Shown here in pieces: positions 1-14,611 of a DNA stretch of 64,000 nucleotides. Position numbers and translations under genes: made by a program. Source of the DNA: Octopus sinensis (Eukaryota). How positions within the stretch are numbered: position 1 is the stretch's first letter; each line of letters opens with the position of its first letter. The stretch covers positions 27,218,001-27,282,000 of the forward strand of contig NC_043007.1 of the NCBI RefSeq assembly GCF_006345805.1, read 5' to 3'. Below the pieces are notes generated by a model, which worked only from the letters and a program-made list of their open reading frames with translations, searched no databases and had not been told where the DNA came from.

Positions 1-645
1 GATGGTTTACAGGTGAGATATTCATATTTAAATCATTATTGGTGGATAACAATTGGGCAACAGATAGCCTCTGTCAATAGCAACATTTGTCTGATGACTC
101 TACAGAAATGTCCCACTTGTTATTCATCTTGCATATATTCAGATCATTATACCATCTGCTGATATCAATAATGGCAAACCCGAAGGTGGCCTGCTCGTAC
201 CACCTTAAGCACACCTGGTAAAATGCTTAGCGAAATTTCATCTGCATTTAGACTGTGGGAACCTATTAAGCCGAAGTCGAATTTGTGTTTTATCCTCTCT
301 GGTTCGATAGAATAAGTCCTGGGATGGATGTAATCGACTACGCCCCTCCTTGGAATTTCTGGTTTTGTGGCAAAATTTGAAACCCACAAGGCAGAATTTC
401 TGCCTCTGTATTTCTCCATTTTGTGAATATTCTTATCGGGCATCGTTCTTCACCGCTGAACATTTTCCCACTCTGAGTCGTATTTCCATAAATCTAACTA
501 GATCTACCTTTAAAATATGTTTTAAATATATTAAAATCTGGTGTCAGTTGAATGACTTTATTTTAATTATTAACCTTAGGTGATTTTAATCATTTTAAAA
601 CGCTGCATTGTACTCACACACATGCATACATAAACATGTGTACAT

Positions 646-647
646 GT

Positions 648-701
<54 letters not shown>

Positions 702-789
702 TATATATGTATGTAAATATGTGTATATATATATGTATGTATATACATATATATACACATATGTATATACATACATATATATACATATA

Positions 790-836
<47 letters not shown>

Positions 837-868
837 ACAAATATATGTATATATAGTATGTATATATT

Positions 869-944
<76 letters not shown>

Positions 945-980
945 ATATATATATAAATAGATATATACTAATATATATAC
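646..980. repeat. (TA)n compound microsatellite, representative of dozens (e.g. 14998-15355, 31625-31820, 51303-51530, 52258-52570, 58390-58720, 62355-62545)
   Basis: Directly visible. Confidence 0.97.
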
Positions 981-1635
981 ATGTTTGTGTGTGCCAAATA
1001 ACTAACAATTCTGTTATATTCTTCCCTTGTTTTTCAATTCTCTGCTGACATTCACTCAGCCATTGATCTCCTCTGTTACCCATCCTCACTATCTACAGCA
1101 GATTTCTATTCTTCAACCAAGTGTGCTAACTCCGTCGCTGCTCTCCCCCTCTCTCTCTCTCACTTTCTCTTTACTTTCCTTGCCTTCTCCTATATATCTT
1201 AGTTTGCCACAAACTCAAACTCTTTTTATTGGAAATTCATTTTCATATTATGAATATTAAATTGAATAATCGTCATTTTAATTATTCTTAACAATAATAT
1301 TTCAATTCCTTATCATTTAAATAAATGTAAATTTTTAAAATTCATAATGTATACATCTCTCACACGTTTTTCCAGGGAAATGTTCTGTAAACATCGTTTG
1401 TTTTTTCTTCATAAATAAATGGTCAACTAGTAACATTTATTCTGTCTTAACACCTTTTCTTTCAAACTTTAATCTGTTCTGCTCTTTTGTTCCACTTCTT
1501 TCTCTTCCAGCTTATATATTCGCCCTTCATAATATCTAATTTCCTCAACATTCCCTTCTCAAACATTCTTTTATCCAATTCACACCTCTTTGATTTCAAT
1601 ATCCATTGCTAATTCCTCTCGCCCTCTCTCTCTTT

Positions 1636-2014
1636 GCACTCCGTCGGTTACGACGACGAGAGTTCCGGTTGATCCGAATCAACGGAACAGCCTGCTCGTG
1701 AAATTAACGTGTAAGTGGCTGAGCACTCCACAGACACGTGTACCCTTAACGTAGTTCTCGGGGATATTCAGCATGACAAAGAGAGTGACAAGGCCGGTCC
1801 TTCGAAATACAGGTACAACAGAAACAGGAAGTAAGAGTGAGAGAAAGTTGTGGTGAAAGAGTACAGCAGGGATCACCACCATCCCCTGCCGGAGCCTCGT
1901 CGAGCTTTTAGGTGTTTTCGCTCTATAAACACTCACAACGTTCGGTCTGGGAATCGAAACCGCAATCCTATGACCGCGACTCTGCTGCCCTAACCACTGG
2001 GCCATTGCGCCTCC
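1636..2014 (-). mobile_element. tRNA-derived SINE family A
   Basis: A box TGGCCCAGTGG, B box GGTTTCGATTCC; near-identical to the 9649, 14229 and 24239 copies. Confidence 0.9.
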
Positions 2015-2256
2015 TCTTGCCCTCTACCTCGCGTCTTATCACTAACCATTTCCCCACTTCCTCTGTATTTGTCCAATCACCTACTCTCTAAACATACTTT
2101 CTGAATTTCAATCGTATTTTATTTTCTGCCATTATTTCACTTATTGTATCATTCGTCTTATGTTGTTACTTCACTTTGCCTATCTGCCTGATTTGTAACC
2201 TTTCCGTGCATCTCTTGCACTCATTACTATTCGCTCTCTCAATTATTTTCAGTAGG

Positions 2257-2680
2257 AAGGTGGCGAGCTGGCAGAAACGTTAGCACGCCTGGCGAAATGC
2301 TTAGCGCTATTTCGCCTGTCGTTGCATTCTGAGTTCAAATTCCGCCGAGGTCGGTTTTGCCTTTCAGCCTTTCGGGGTCGATAAATTAAGTACCAGTTAT
2401 GCACTGGGGACGATATAATCGACTTAATCCGTTTGTCCGTTCTTGTTTGTCTCCTCTATGTTGTGGGCAAAAAAGAAATAAGAAACGTTAGTATGCCAGG
2501 CGAAATGCTTAACGTATTTCATCTGTCTTTACATTCTGAGTTCAAATTCCGCCGAGGTCGACTTTGCCTTTCATCATTTCGGGGCCGATAAATTACGTAC
2601 CTGTTACGTACTGGGGTTGACCTAATCGACTGGACCCCTCCCTCCAAAATTTCTGGCCTCGTGACTAGAGTAGAAAAGAA
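2257..2680 (+). mobile_element. SINE family C, two tandem copies
   Basis: GAGCTGGCAGAAACGTTAGC..GAGTTCAAATTCC..GACTTTGCCTTTCATCCTTTCGGGGTCGATAAATTAAGTACCAG pattern, twice. Confidence 0.85.
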
Positions 2681-2750
2681 TTTTTTTCTGTAGGTCTTCT
2701 CTCATTCCCTCCCTCCGTCTCTCTTTCACAGAATCTTTTCCTGATCAATT

Positions 2751-2850
2751 TGCTACTCCATGTACACTGGAAAAACTGGTCGACGTCTGGCTGACCGTTT
2801 CGCCGAAAATGTTAGGGCAACTACACCCCAGTCTCGCGCTATTTCTGACC
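2751..2850 (+). pseudogene. Degenerate Penelope-type GIY-YIG fragment
   Basis: CYSMYTGKTGRRLADRFAENVR...PVSRYF resembles YIGETGRRLADRFAEHLR...PVSRHF. Confidence 0.65.
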
Positions 2851-2889
2851 ACTGCGATATCTGTTTTCAGTTCGGACTGGCTTTATAAC

Positions 2890-3072
2890 AGAGTTGACGA
2901 CATGTTGACCAGCAGAATGAAGGATTCTTCAGCAATGGAATCCAAGGACTGCAATAGCGATTGAAGAATTGTGTAGGCCACAATGAAGGACTATATTGAA
3001 AAACGAATCATTTGGTGACCTTTCATGAAAGTGTTTTGTTCAGCATCCGACCTTTTCAGCCGATACCCCGTA
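2890..3072 (+). mobile_element. mariner/Tc1 transposon 3' relic
   Basis: GFFSNGIQGLQ*RLKNCVGH..DYIEK matches the mariner C-terminus FF..GI..L..RW.KCV...GDYIE; followed by a TIR-like end CTTTTCAGCCGATACCCCG|TA. Confidence 0.65.
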
Positions 3073-4821
3073 CATCTGAAGTACTTTATGACATTAGTGG
3101 CACCTCTCTACTTGCCGCATCCCTAATATACTCCTAATGAAACATTAACGTTGGAATGAATGCCTTTGACATTGGGCATTGTTGGCTTTGATATATATCG
3201 TATGGATTGCCATGCCATTCACATGAGAGAATTATGGTACTTCCAAAATGACCGAACCGCGTTTAGAAAAGCAATATATTTGTTTGGAAATAAGATGTTA
3301 CTCAATGAACGTAGGCCTGGAGATAAACTAAATACCAACAATAACAACAGCTAAAATATGCACTTGTAGACCCTTTTCTCCCTCCTGGCCTTGCTCTCTC
3401 TCTCTCCCTCTCTCTCTCTTTATATGTGAGTGTGAATGTATATTTACATATATATACGCAGACGCCCACAAAACACACGCAAACACATAGACGCAGATAC
3501 ATACATACATGCATACATACATACACATATATACATATATATATATACATATACACACACACACACACTCACACACACACACACGCACACACACACATAT
3601 ATATATATATACATACAATAGCTTAGAGATCTGCATATTTACATAGAAATATATATACGCACAAATATATAGAAATATGTACGTATGCGTATATTTACAT
3701 GCATTCACATATACACTTGTTGTTACAAGGAAAACAATATAGATGTACGCAGTGAGAAAATATAATTAGATAATTGTAAAAAGAAGTAAATAATACAATA
3801 CAGATTTTAAAAAATGTAAATAAATGATTTATATTTCGAACCTGGTTTAAACTTTAGTATGAAGTAGACGAAGGAAAAATAAAAAAAACAAAACATTGTT
3901 ATATATTTACTGCGATGAACCAGAGAGGTAGCAGACATCTACAGCAATAGCAACAATAACAATAACAACATCTACTAGTAACTACTATATCAACATCAGT
4001 CACAACAACAACAACAACAACGAATATATCAAGAACAAATATGTAAAGAATAAGAGATATAAATTAAAAATTTTGTTGGGAATTTATTAAACTATACGAG
4101 TTAATATCTGTCTGCACGATTCAAAGAGATGGCGAGAGAGAAATAGAAAATAAAGAAAAAAAAAAAAAATTAAGGAAAACAATAATAACAAGAATTAAAA
4201 TAGAAATACAACGTAAAAATTAAAGATATATAAAAAAAAAGCTGGAAAGGAAGCAAAAGTAAATTAATTAAAAAGAAAGGTAGAAAGAAAAAAACTAAAT
4301 ATGAAAAAGAAGACAAAGAACGAGAGAGAAAATGAGGGGAAGTCGGGGGTGTGTGAGGATAGAGATTGAGAGGGGTGGCGGAGGTGTTATTTGAACAAAA
4401 TGAAATATAAAAATTTAAAGAAAAATATATAATGAAATAAAAATGAAAATTGGAAATGAAAAAAATAAATAAATATAAATTGATGTTTGAAATATATAAT
4501 TCATTATATAAGGAGAACCAAGAAAACAGATTGTGAAAATTTGTGAGCGAATGGTGGTAAAAAGATGCAGTGACGGGTAAGAATTTCCTCGTATTACAGA
4601 GAAAAACGTGTGAAATTGTGTTGATTTACAGGTGCTAATAACAGATTGAAAAATACCTGGAGAGGAAAAAGGGTGGTTAAACCGTTTCTAAAACATATGA
4701 ATGTGTGCTAGCTTACTGGCAACAGATTTAAAATACTCTGACCACCAAGAGGAAATTGTAGTTTTAACCGTCATGTCTGTCGAGGTGTATCTCGATATGT
4801 TTTTTTTTTAAAGAAGCAGTT

Positions 4822-5155
4822 GAGACCCCCTTCGGTCATAACTGACCATGGGATTGCACCTAGTGTGTTACCCTCCGAGTCACAAGTGCGGGCAAGGTTG
4901 TTTGTGAAAGACCAGCAGTCGCCCAAGCATACTGGCCTCCCCTCTCCAGGGCACCAGTTTTATCCAAGAGAAAGGCAAAGGCCGATACAGCTTGGCACCT
5001 GCGACGTCGCAACTCATTTCTACAGATTAGCGAACTGGAGCAACGTGAAATAAAGTGTCTTGCTCAAGAACACAACATGCAGCCCGGTCCGGGTTTCGAA
5101 CTCACAACCTCGCGATCGTAAAATCGACGCTCTAACCACTGAGTTATGCGCCTTC
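4822..5155 (-). mobile_element. SINE with family B head and body but a different 3' tail
   Basis: 5030-5155 matches the B head/body; 4822-5025 is unrelated to the A/B tail. Confidence 0.7.
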
Positions 5156-5975
5156 ACAAAGAAGCAGTAATATATTGCTAATATCTTGAGACTGTGAAAC
5201 GAAAGAATATAATGACCATAGCTGTCCCTATATTTCACTGAAAACCTGAATATGGTTTCTAGACGCGCCAAATTAACATACGCGCGCAAAAGCAAACGTT
5301 TCCAAAAATGGGTTTTGATGTTCGAAATTAAACCAGTGTATGACTAGTTATTAGCTCAACAAACAGGAATCCTCTTGTGTTTGCGCCGATATGCTGAAGG
5401 ACGTGGAAAACAAAAAGCCATCATCTCATCGAAGCCCATTTTAATGAAGAAAAACTAGAGCCAACTAACGAACCTTTTATTCAACAGTTCATAGATTACA
5501 AGTAGAATCCAAATATTCTAAAATCTCAAACTATCCTCTTAAAATGAGAGATTCTGAACTTGCTTCTCCTAAATCATAATTTTCATCAAGCTGAACTGAA
5601 ATGCCGTTTAAAAAATCTCAAAGGTATGTAAGGTCTATGGCCAAAGCGGCGCCGATACGTGGTGGTTCGATCGTATAGAAAAAAACTTCCCATAAAATAA
5701 TCCTTTACCGCCGTTGATAAATGCACCGGCCAGTTTATAACTAAATGTTCTAGGTACGTACTAAGAAAAAAACAGGATTGGCATGGCTGGAACTTCGTTG
5801 ATTATCGGTTTACTTTCTCCGAGGCGATTTTGGAACAAATGACAACATATAACATAAAGTGACCATAGACAGATTTCATGTGTTAGGATGGTCATAAATG
5901 GAATGCTTTTGATTAAACATGAATTTATTTGATCAGAGAAGACAACTGGTAGTTATTTCAGCGTGGGTGTCTATA

Positions 5976-6040
<65 letters not shown>

Positions 6041-6059
6041 ATACAAACACATGTGTACG

Positions 6060-6110
<51 letters not shown>

Positions 6111-7499
6111 GTATTTGCAGCTGTTGGCTGGTGGTGTTATCCAGGTATTTCCGGCGATTCTCTTTCCATTTTTTTCCTTTATAAAGTAAATTGACACCCA
6201 CACTGTTTTGTTCAATATTTTCAGTTTAAACATTCATTCCTGTTTCCCTCAAATTCTTCCGTTTCCCCTTCCTCCGTCTCTCTTATCCATCTGGATTGCC
6301 CACCCATTCTAGTTGAAGTTTACAATTCCGGCATTATAAAACCACCGACACAGACGAAAACTATATCGTTTTTAAATATTAATTGATATTCAATTACAAA
6401 TAGAAACCAAAAACAAATATATATAAAGCAATGTTATTTGACTGATTTATCCAATAATAATGAAACAATACCTGATCCAAACACATTGATCTGAATTAAA
6501 CCACTCCATTAGCAACTCAGTAATTAAGACGTATACAATACAGATCGTTAAATCCAAATTAGAAGGGAGAAAAGAAATTGGTTTCTATTCATTCAATAGA
6601 ACGCATTCAGATTACGTTTCACATTTTAAAGACTTTTGAAAATATTATTGAATACAAAACTGCATAAATCTAGAATCGAATCAGCAAATTATATATATAT
6701 ATATATATAATATATATTATATATATATATATAGTGTGTGTGTGTGTGTGTACGTGCGTAAGCATGTGATCTGTTGTATTTATGCGCATGTGCATACATA
6801 CGTTTTAATTTCAATTACTTAAAAACGCCAGTATTGCACACCGGGTTATCACAAAGCTGGGTAAAAAATCACGGGTGTCTCAAATGCAATTCATAATGTA
6901 TTTTTTTGTTTTTATATTCCTAACAGAGTATCATTATTTGCTGGTTATGGCGATTTTGTCTTGCAAATGATACAAATTCTGCCATTAAAAATTTAAGAAC
7001 AGAGGTTCAAATATTTAAAATTTAGTAAAAAGCAGGCCGCAAGATGGTTACATAATAAAACAATAATTCAATATTTTCTATTTTAATTTTAATCCCATTC
7101 TGTTTTTTGGCAGCAGCTAGAGCGGATTACCTTTTAAGCGTGATTTCACATACTGGAAAGGGGCCATTTATTATACAGTAATATTTAAGATCATAAGATG
7201 GCGGCGAGATGACAGAATCGTTAACCCGTTGGACAAAAATTCTTAAAATTTTGAAAGTCTTTTCCGTCTGATTTCACATTCGTCCGTGTTCTGTTTTACG
7301 CTTCCCCATTTCGGGGTCGATGAAATAAGGGTTACCTGATTACTGACCCCGTTTTAATGGCCTCACACGTCCTCCCGAAATTGCTGTCCTTTTGCCAAAT
7401 GTACCAACCAATATTTAGCTCCTAAGATCTCGATTGTTAGCGCAAGTAGTTTTTTTTCTTTTTACCAACTTCAAGATTTTGAGTTAGGAATTCAGACTT

Positions 7500-8072
7500 A
7501 ATTCTTTTCTACTTTGGGCGCAAGGCCCGTAATTTTGGTGGGAGGGGATTAAATCGAGCCAGTACACAACTGCTACTTAATTTATCGACTCCGAAAGGAA
7601 GAAAGGCAAAGTTGACTTCGGGGGAATTTGAACTCAGATCATAAAGCATATGCGAAATACTTATTTCTTGACTGCCCACAAGGGGCTAAACACAGAGAGG
7701 ACAAACAAAGACAGACAAATGGATTAGGTCGATTATATCGACCCCAGTGCGTAACTGGTACTTATTTAATCGACACCGAAAAGATGAAAGGCAAAGTTGA
7801 CCTCGGCGCAATTTGAACTCAGAACGTAATTCCAGACGAAATACATATCTCTTTACTACCTACAAGGGGCTAAACACAGAGAAGACAAACAAAGACAGAC
7901 AAATAGATTAGGTCGATTATATCGACCCCAGTGCGTAACTGGTACTTAATTTATTGACCCCGAAAGGATGTAAGGCAAAGTCGACCTCGGCGGAGTTTGA
8001 ACTCAGAACGTAACGGCAGACGAAATACGGCTACGCATTTCGCCCGGCGTGCTAACGATTCTGCCAGCTCGC
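7500..8072 (-). mobile_element. SINE family C, three tandem units
   Basis: Repeated CTGGTACTTAATTTATCGACCCCGAAAGGATGAAAGGCAAAGTCGACC-like core. Confidence 0.85.
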
Positions 8073-8683
8073 TCTCTTAATTCACTCACAAAAACTGAAG
8101 GGCAAAAAATATTTCCCATTCAAAGTTCATGAAGAATATATGAAAAAATTTAGGTGACTCAACTCCCCGGACTTGAATTTTCTTTGAAAATCTTAAATGA
8201 TTTTTAGGTTCGATGTTCGTGGTGAATTTTAATGTTTTCTGAAGGGATTTAGTCTCTTCTAACATTTGTGACATCGTATTTTTGTAAATCAGAATTTTCG
8301 ACGTTGACTAGTATTAAAACAAAACATAAAATTCGGATTAACAACATTGAAATTGCCTTAAGACCAGCATTAAAATTATTAAGAAAGATTTGATTTGTTG
8401 TGCAAAAGTAAAGAAGCACTTGTCTTACACTAATGGTACATTTTAAATGTTATAAATTCATAACGAAAAATTAAGAAAAGTTGGTTTTTATAAATTAAAA
8501 AAAAAATTGAGGGCTTTGACGAATTGCGGTAGTTTTGTGCCTACGGGAGAAAAGAGTTTTTTGAAAATACTTATATATTTTCCTTCGTTTTTGTATCTGC
8601 TTTGCAAGATTATTTATGTAAATTCGTGTGTTGAAGCATATTTTGATGGTTCTAGGAGGGTAGTTCATTCTGTTTTAGGAGCA

Positions 8684-8995
8684 ATCCGTTGGTTATAACG
8701 ACGAGAGACCCAGTCGCTTCTGCTTCGATCAACGAACAGCCTTGTCGTAAAATTAACGTGTAAGTGGTTGAGCACTCCACGGACACGTGTACCCTTAATG
8801 CAGTTCTTAAGGAGATTCAGTGTGAGACAGAATGTGACACGGTTGGTCCTTTGAAATACAGGTACTACTCATTTTTGTTGGTGAGTGCACAGGAGCAACG
8901 TGAAATAAAGTGTCTTGTTCAAGGATACAACGCCTCACAGGGAATTGAACTGACGCCCTTACAATCGTGAGCCGAATATCCCAACCTCGTGCCTC
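8684..8995 (-). mobile_element. SINE family B, diverged
   Basis: Reverse-complement similarity to 24709-25022. Confidence 0.75.
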
Positions 8996-9648
8996 CTGTT
9001 TTAATGCCTTTTTAATTAACACACCGGTTCGATTTCCACTCATTTACAAATATATATATATTTGTAAAAGTTAATGAGTGGAAATTGAACATGTTAATTA
9101 ATAAAGAGGTTTTCCTTATTAATTTGGAGGTTTTCAAACAAAAAATTTATAATATTAATTCTTCGTACTTTGCTCCTAGTTTTACAGATGTAAATTTGCG
9201 AATATGAAAATAATACGTGTATATGATGTGTTGTGAATTTATGGTAAGAAATCCCACAAAACTCTACAATATTATTAAAAATGAAGAAGAGAAGATGTTA
9301 AAATATATGAGAATTTTAATTCATGAAAACGACCGTTTCGTACAGAGATATAAGAATCATGCAAATTCATGGTTTAATTGAATTAATGAAATTAATTAAA
9401 TTAATTATATATATCTGTATAAGAAGTATAAACAAAAGATTTACAAAGAACTTGAGAATGGAAATAGCAGAATTGAATCAAGGAGATAAATATTTATCCT
9501 TATGAGAAAAAGAGATGTGAGACCAGTTAGGTATTAACTATAACTAAAGGCTATAACGGTTATTTGAAGATATAAGGATGAGAGGCTTCAGAGATGTTCC
9601 TGCTAGTCATAATTTCGCATCACCTATTCTCTGTGTGTTTAGATATGT

Positions 9649-10031
9649 GGAGGCGCAATGGTCCAGTGGTTAGGGCAGCGGCCTCGCGGTCATAGGATCG
9701 CGATTTCGATTCCCAGACCGGGCGTTGTGAGTGTTTATTGAGCGAAAACACCTAAAAGCTCCACGAGGCTCCGGCAGGGGATGGTGGTGATCCCTGCTGT
9801 ACTTTTTCACCTCAACTTTCTCTCACTCTTACTTCCTGTTTCTGTTGTACCTGTATTTCAAGGGGCCGGCCTAGTCACTCTCTGTGTCACGCTGAATATC
9901 CCCGAGAACTACGTTAAGGGTGCACGTGTCTGTGGAGTGCTCAGCCACTTGCACGTTAATTTCACGAGCAGGCTGTTCCGTTGATTCGGATCAACCGGAA
10001 CCCTCATCGTCGTAACCGACGGAGTGCTTCC
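9649..10031 (+). mobile_element. SINE family A
   Basis: GGAGGCGCAATGGTCCAGTGG...CCGACGGAGTGCTTCC. Confidence 0.9.
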
Positions 10032-11055
10032 TATCCTATAGATAGAGATGGACGTCAATATACAATTTGTTTTTCTGTGGATTAGTTTGAGCAGGTTAAA
10101 GAGATACGAAAGTCAATCACTAAGTGAGAGTATCTGATTTCGTAAGGAAGGAAAATATTCAAGAATACTGAAAAGTAACAGCATTGATTTTTTAGGATAT
10201 ATGCCCACTTCATTATCTCTTTATCTGTCTGCTTGTCTGTCTACATGTCTGTCAGTGTGTGTACGTATAAATATATGAATGTTTGATTTCCCCCTGATAA
10301 TACGGCAAAATTATCAAATATATTTTCTTGTCTATGTATATCTGAAATTGCATTATTTAAAATTATATCTATCTGATTGTCTGTCTATCTATGGGTCTAT
10401 CAGTTTATCTCTCGGTCTATCTTCTTAAATATATCACTATTTATGTACGTACGTATGTATGTGTGTATGCATGTATGTATGTATGTATGTATGTGTGTGT
10501 GTATGTAGATAGACAGATAGAAAAATAGATAAATAGATAGACAGTTAGATATTAAAATTCATAATGATACAATTTGAGATATACACGTAGAAGAAAATGG
10601 AAAAATATGAAAGTTTTGCCGTATTATCAAGAGGGAAAATCTAACACTTTTTTTTAATAAGAGATGTCTACGATATTTTGTGTACTACAAATATATAAAC
10701 ATACATAGATACATACACTCACATACACATAAATGCTCTTCACCCCACGTATACATATATATACACATATTTGATTTAAATTGTTTTAACACTGTAGCGT
10801 ATAAAGTTAACAGGAATTTATATTGCTATAAAAATGTAAGTTCATTCTGTACCACATTATGTCAAGATTATTGAGTTAATTGAGGTTAGGTACACTTTAG
10901 CTAGAGGCGATGTGTTTAGTACATATACCTTATATATATATATATATATAGTTAGATAGATAGATAGATATATATTCATCTATATATATATATGTATATG
11001 TATATATATAATCATATATATATATATATATTATATATATATATATTATATATAT

Positions 11056-11111
<56 letters not shown>

Positions 11112-13556
11112 CTATTCAGAAAAATATATATATAGACAAACAGATATACATATACATATATATGTCTAGAGATAGATAGATATTTATATATATATGTATA
11201 TATATGTTTTGTATTATGTTTTTATATATATATATATATATATATACTTATATTCTTATACAAACACACGCACACACACACACACATATAAATGTATAAG
11301 TATTCAATACATTCCTATATACGCACAAACCTACGTATAGAAGTGTGTGGGCGTAATATGTTTTCGTGTATGCGCGTATGTTTCACTTCATTCTTACCAA
11401 AATATATAACCAAGAACTAATTTCATAAAAATGGAAGAGTGATGTTTTAGGATTTATCTATTTAATCGACTAGAAGACAGCAACAGAACATTATGTTACC
11501 TATCATAATATATTATTTGACATTGTTCTCACATATTCTTAGACTATTTGTAAATACACATTACTATGAAAACCGACGAATATGAAATACGATTGAATCA
11601 CACGGTTTCTTTGTAAAATTCTTCGATTAAAAAAGAGAACAACCTATCATAAAGTCAATTCCACAATACTTTAGAAAGGCAAAATATTAACTCTATTGTA
11701 CAAGAGAAAATATTTGAAGTCTTTGTTAAAAAAAAAAATCATATGATAATTTAGCAGGGTGGCGATGTGAATAGCGTATGTAGTTCGCTTGTATGCATTA
11801 TAGAACTGAGTCATATCCGGTACTAGCTTTTCCGCATTAAGATGACAGAACAGGACAGGAAAAAATGGTAAAATTGAATAGTCAAATCTACGCAACTAAG
11901 AGGCAACCCGAAAGGAGACCAAGGACTAGATGGTTGGATAATATCCATAGCTCTGTTGGGCATGCTTAGAAATCCAGTCTAAAGTGTACTGAGAGTTGTG
12001 TCTGATACAACCCTATTGAGGGAGTAACTGAGGATTCTATCTCCGCCATCAGCTAGAGATTTAATAGTAGATCAAGGAGGCGATTGTTAGGGAATGTCTC
12101 TAGTCTCACGTCACGCTTGGGGATGCAGCCAGAAAATGAAATGGTTTTTTTGCTTTTGATAAAACCGTATACAAGAGTTTCCGGGGACCATCTCCACCCT
12201 GATTCTCACTGGAATAATCGACGGGTAAAATGGATTCGTTGGTGAGTAAACTAAACAAACACTCATTTTTAAGCACTCAAGTTTAGAAAATCTTCCTGGT
12301 GTTTGTTTCTCTGATAATCTGCAATAAACATATTCTGAAAATTCAAGCATCGATTTGGTCATATCTTTTACCTTCTAGGTTTTACTTCTGTCAATCATCA
12401 GACTGCAGCCATGCTGGAGCACCGCCTTGAGGAATTATAGTTGAATGAATCGAACTCAGCATTCACGTTTTGAAACCCTGTAACGTATTGTATTTGTATG
12501 TAGAATTGTTGAATGAACCATTAATTTCCAGCGACGTAAAGATGTCAACACCTGTTGTCAAGCGGTGATGAGGGACAAAGGTAGACACAACGACACACAC
12601 AAATACACGCACGCAAATACACACACGCATATGCATATATGTATTTATGTATGTATATATGTAAGTATGTATCAATGAGCCAAAACGATGGTGGTGGTTC
12701 TGAATAAAATGCTTGACAGATTATATTTTATATAATCTCAACGGATACAAAGACATTCCTGAAGCGAATCCAGTTGCATATACCGCCATACTGTTGTTGA
12801 CCTCAAATGGCCGAAAACCTCGGACAGAGAAACTGACATTAAGGCAGGACATGCTCCAAAAACTGATTTACAGAGGAGACTTAGATCGTGATATTGGTAC
12901 TTGGGTGTTAAGTATCGTGGAAGTGAGCTTATGAGACATTTGGCTACATACAGAGACGTGTGATTATCGCAATATGCGTCATCATGTTGTTCTACAAAAG
13001 TGCTTTTTAATGTTGTATTGATATATGAAATTAAATAAAATAATAAAAATACTGTTTATCAAACTCTTCAAATATTAATTTGAAGTTGAACGGATAAAGA
13101 GCAAACGTGAATCGTCAGCAGTTTCAAATATGGTCGTCCCTTCAAAAATAGTTTCAAACATGGTCGCAAGTTTAGTATCGGTAAACACCTGGAAAATGTT
13201 TAGTTGGAGTACTTCGATTACAATAAACATATCAACAAGGAAGCGAAACGGAACAAATACACAAAACTCAAGGATTGAACCAAAAACTATGATTTAAAAA
13301 ACTAAAATATATAATGGTTTCAATGTGTGACCAATTAGCACAAAGACACACACAGGAAAAGATGAAAGACAGGTTCAACCTGGGGAGAAATTTCAACTCA
13401 GAACGTTCAGGCGGACCAATGACTCTATGTATTTTGCTTGGCAGACCCACAGTGCTGTCAGCTCGCCGTCCTACAAGTTGAAATATAAATTGTTTTCAAA
13501 TGTTGGAACCAGGCCAATAATTTCTGGGGACTGGGGAAGTCAATTACATTCCGCCC

Positions 13557-13694
13557 AGCTGTGTGGTAAGAAGATTGTCTCCCAACCACGTGTTTTCGGG
13601 TTCAGTCCCACAGCATGGCACCTTGGGCAAGTGTCTTCGAGTCGAGCAAAGCCTTGTGGGTGGATTTGGTAGACAGAAACTGAAAGAAGCCCGT

Positions 13695-13773
<79 letters not shown>

Positions 13774-14030
13774 GGGGGGGGGCTGCGTGTGTGTGTGTTG
13801 TGTGTGTGTATATATTTATGTGTGTGTGCCTTTGTATCTGTGTTTGTCCTTACAACATCGCTTGACCACTGTTGTTGGTGTGCTTATGTCCCCGAAACTT
13901 AGCCGTTCAGCTACAGAGACCGATATAATAAATACTAGGATTACAAAGAATAAGTCCTGAGGTCGATTCGTTCGACTTAAGGCGGTACCCCAACATGGCC
14001 GCAGTCAGATGACTGAAACGTCTAAAAGAC
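13557..14030 (+). mobile_element. SINE family D with internal (TA)n/(TG)n microsatellite
   Basis: GCTGTGTGGTAAG..GGTTCAGTCCC..CACCTTGGGCAAGTGTCTT..AAGAAGCCC, microsatellite, then the tail ending GACTGAAAC. Confidence 0.85.
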
Positions 14031-14228
14031 AATGAAAGAGACCTCGAAATGAGGAATTACAAAGTCGACCCTGGCGGAAAAATGAAATCATTATCTAAAT
14101 ATGAGCGAAATGCCGCTAAACGTCTTGCTCCGCGTCCTCACCATTCTGCCACATGGTTGCCCCTAACTGAATTGCTTATTATAATGAAGTAATACACCCA
14201 CGTTATCCTTGAAACAGAAAGAAGAACT

Positions 14229-14611
14229 TGGAAGCACTCCGTCGGTTACGACGATGAGGGTTCCGGTTGATCCGAATCAACGGAAGAGCCTGCTCGTGAA
14301 ATTAACGTGCAAGTGGCCGAGCACTCCACAGACACGTGTACCATTTACGTAGTTCTCGGGGATATTCAGCGTGACACAGAGAGTGACAAAGCCGGCCCTT
14401 TGAAATACAGGTACAACAGAAACAGGAAGTAAGAGTGAGAGAAAATTGTGGTGAAAGAGTACAGCAGGGATCACCACCATCCCCTGCCGGAGCCTCGTGG
14501 AGCTTTGGGTGTTTTCGCTCAATAAACACTCACAACGCCCGGTCTGGGGATCGAAACCGCGATCTTATGACCGCGAATCCACTGCTCTAACCACTGGGCC
14601 ATTGCGCCTCC
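14229..14611 (-). mobile_element. SINE family A with a 15-bp TSD
   Basis: TSD ACAGAAAGAAGAACT at 14214-14228 and 14612-14626. Confidence 0.93.

Noticed and set aside
86-116. CTGATGA..GAAATGTC hammerhead-like words
   Set aside because: Neither stem I nor stem II can pair
1679-2005. Recurrent ORF MVVIPAVLFHHNFLSLLLPVSVVPVF.. (also 9781, 14277, 24370)
   Set aside because: Incidental frame within SINE family A copies
9649-9722. tRNA genes at SINE heads (also 24709 and 60207)
   Set aside because: A and B boxes run into SINE bodies without a proper acceptor stem; these are SINE heads
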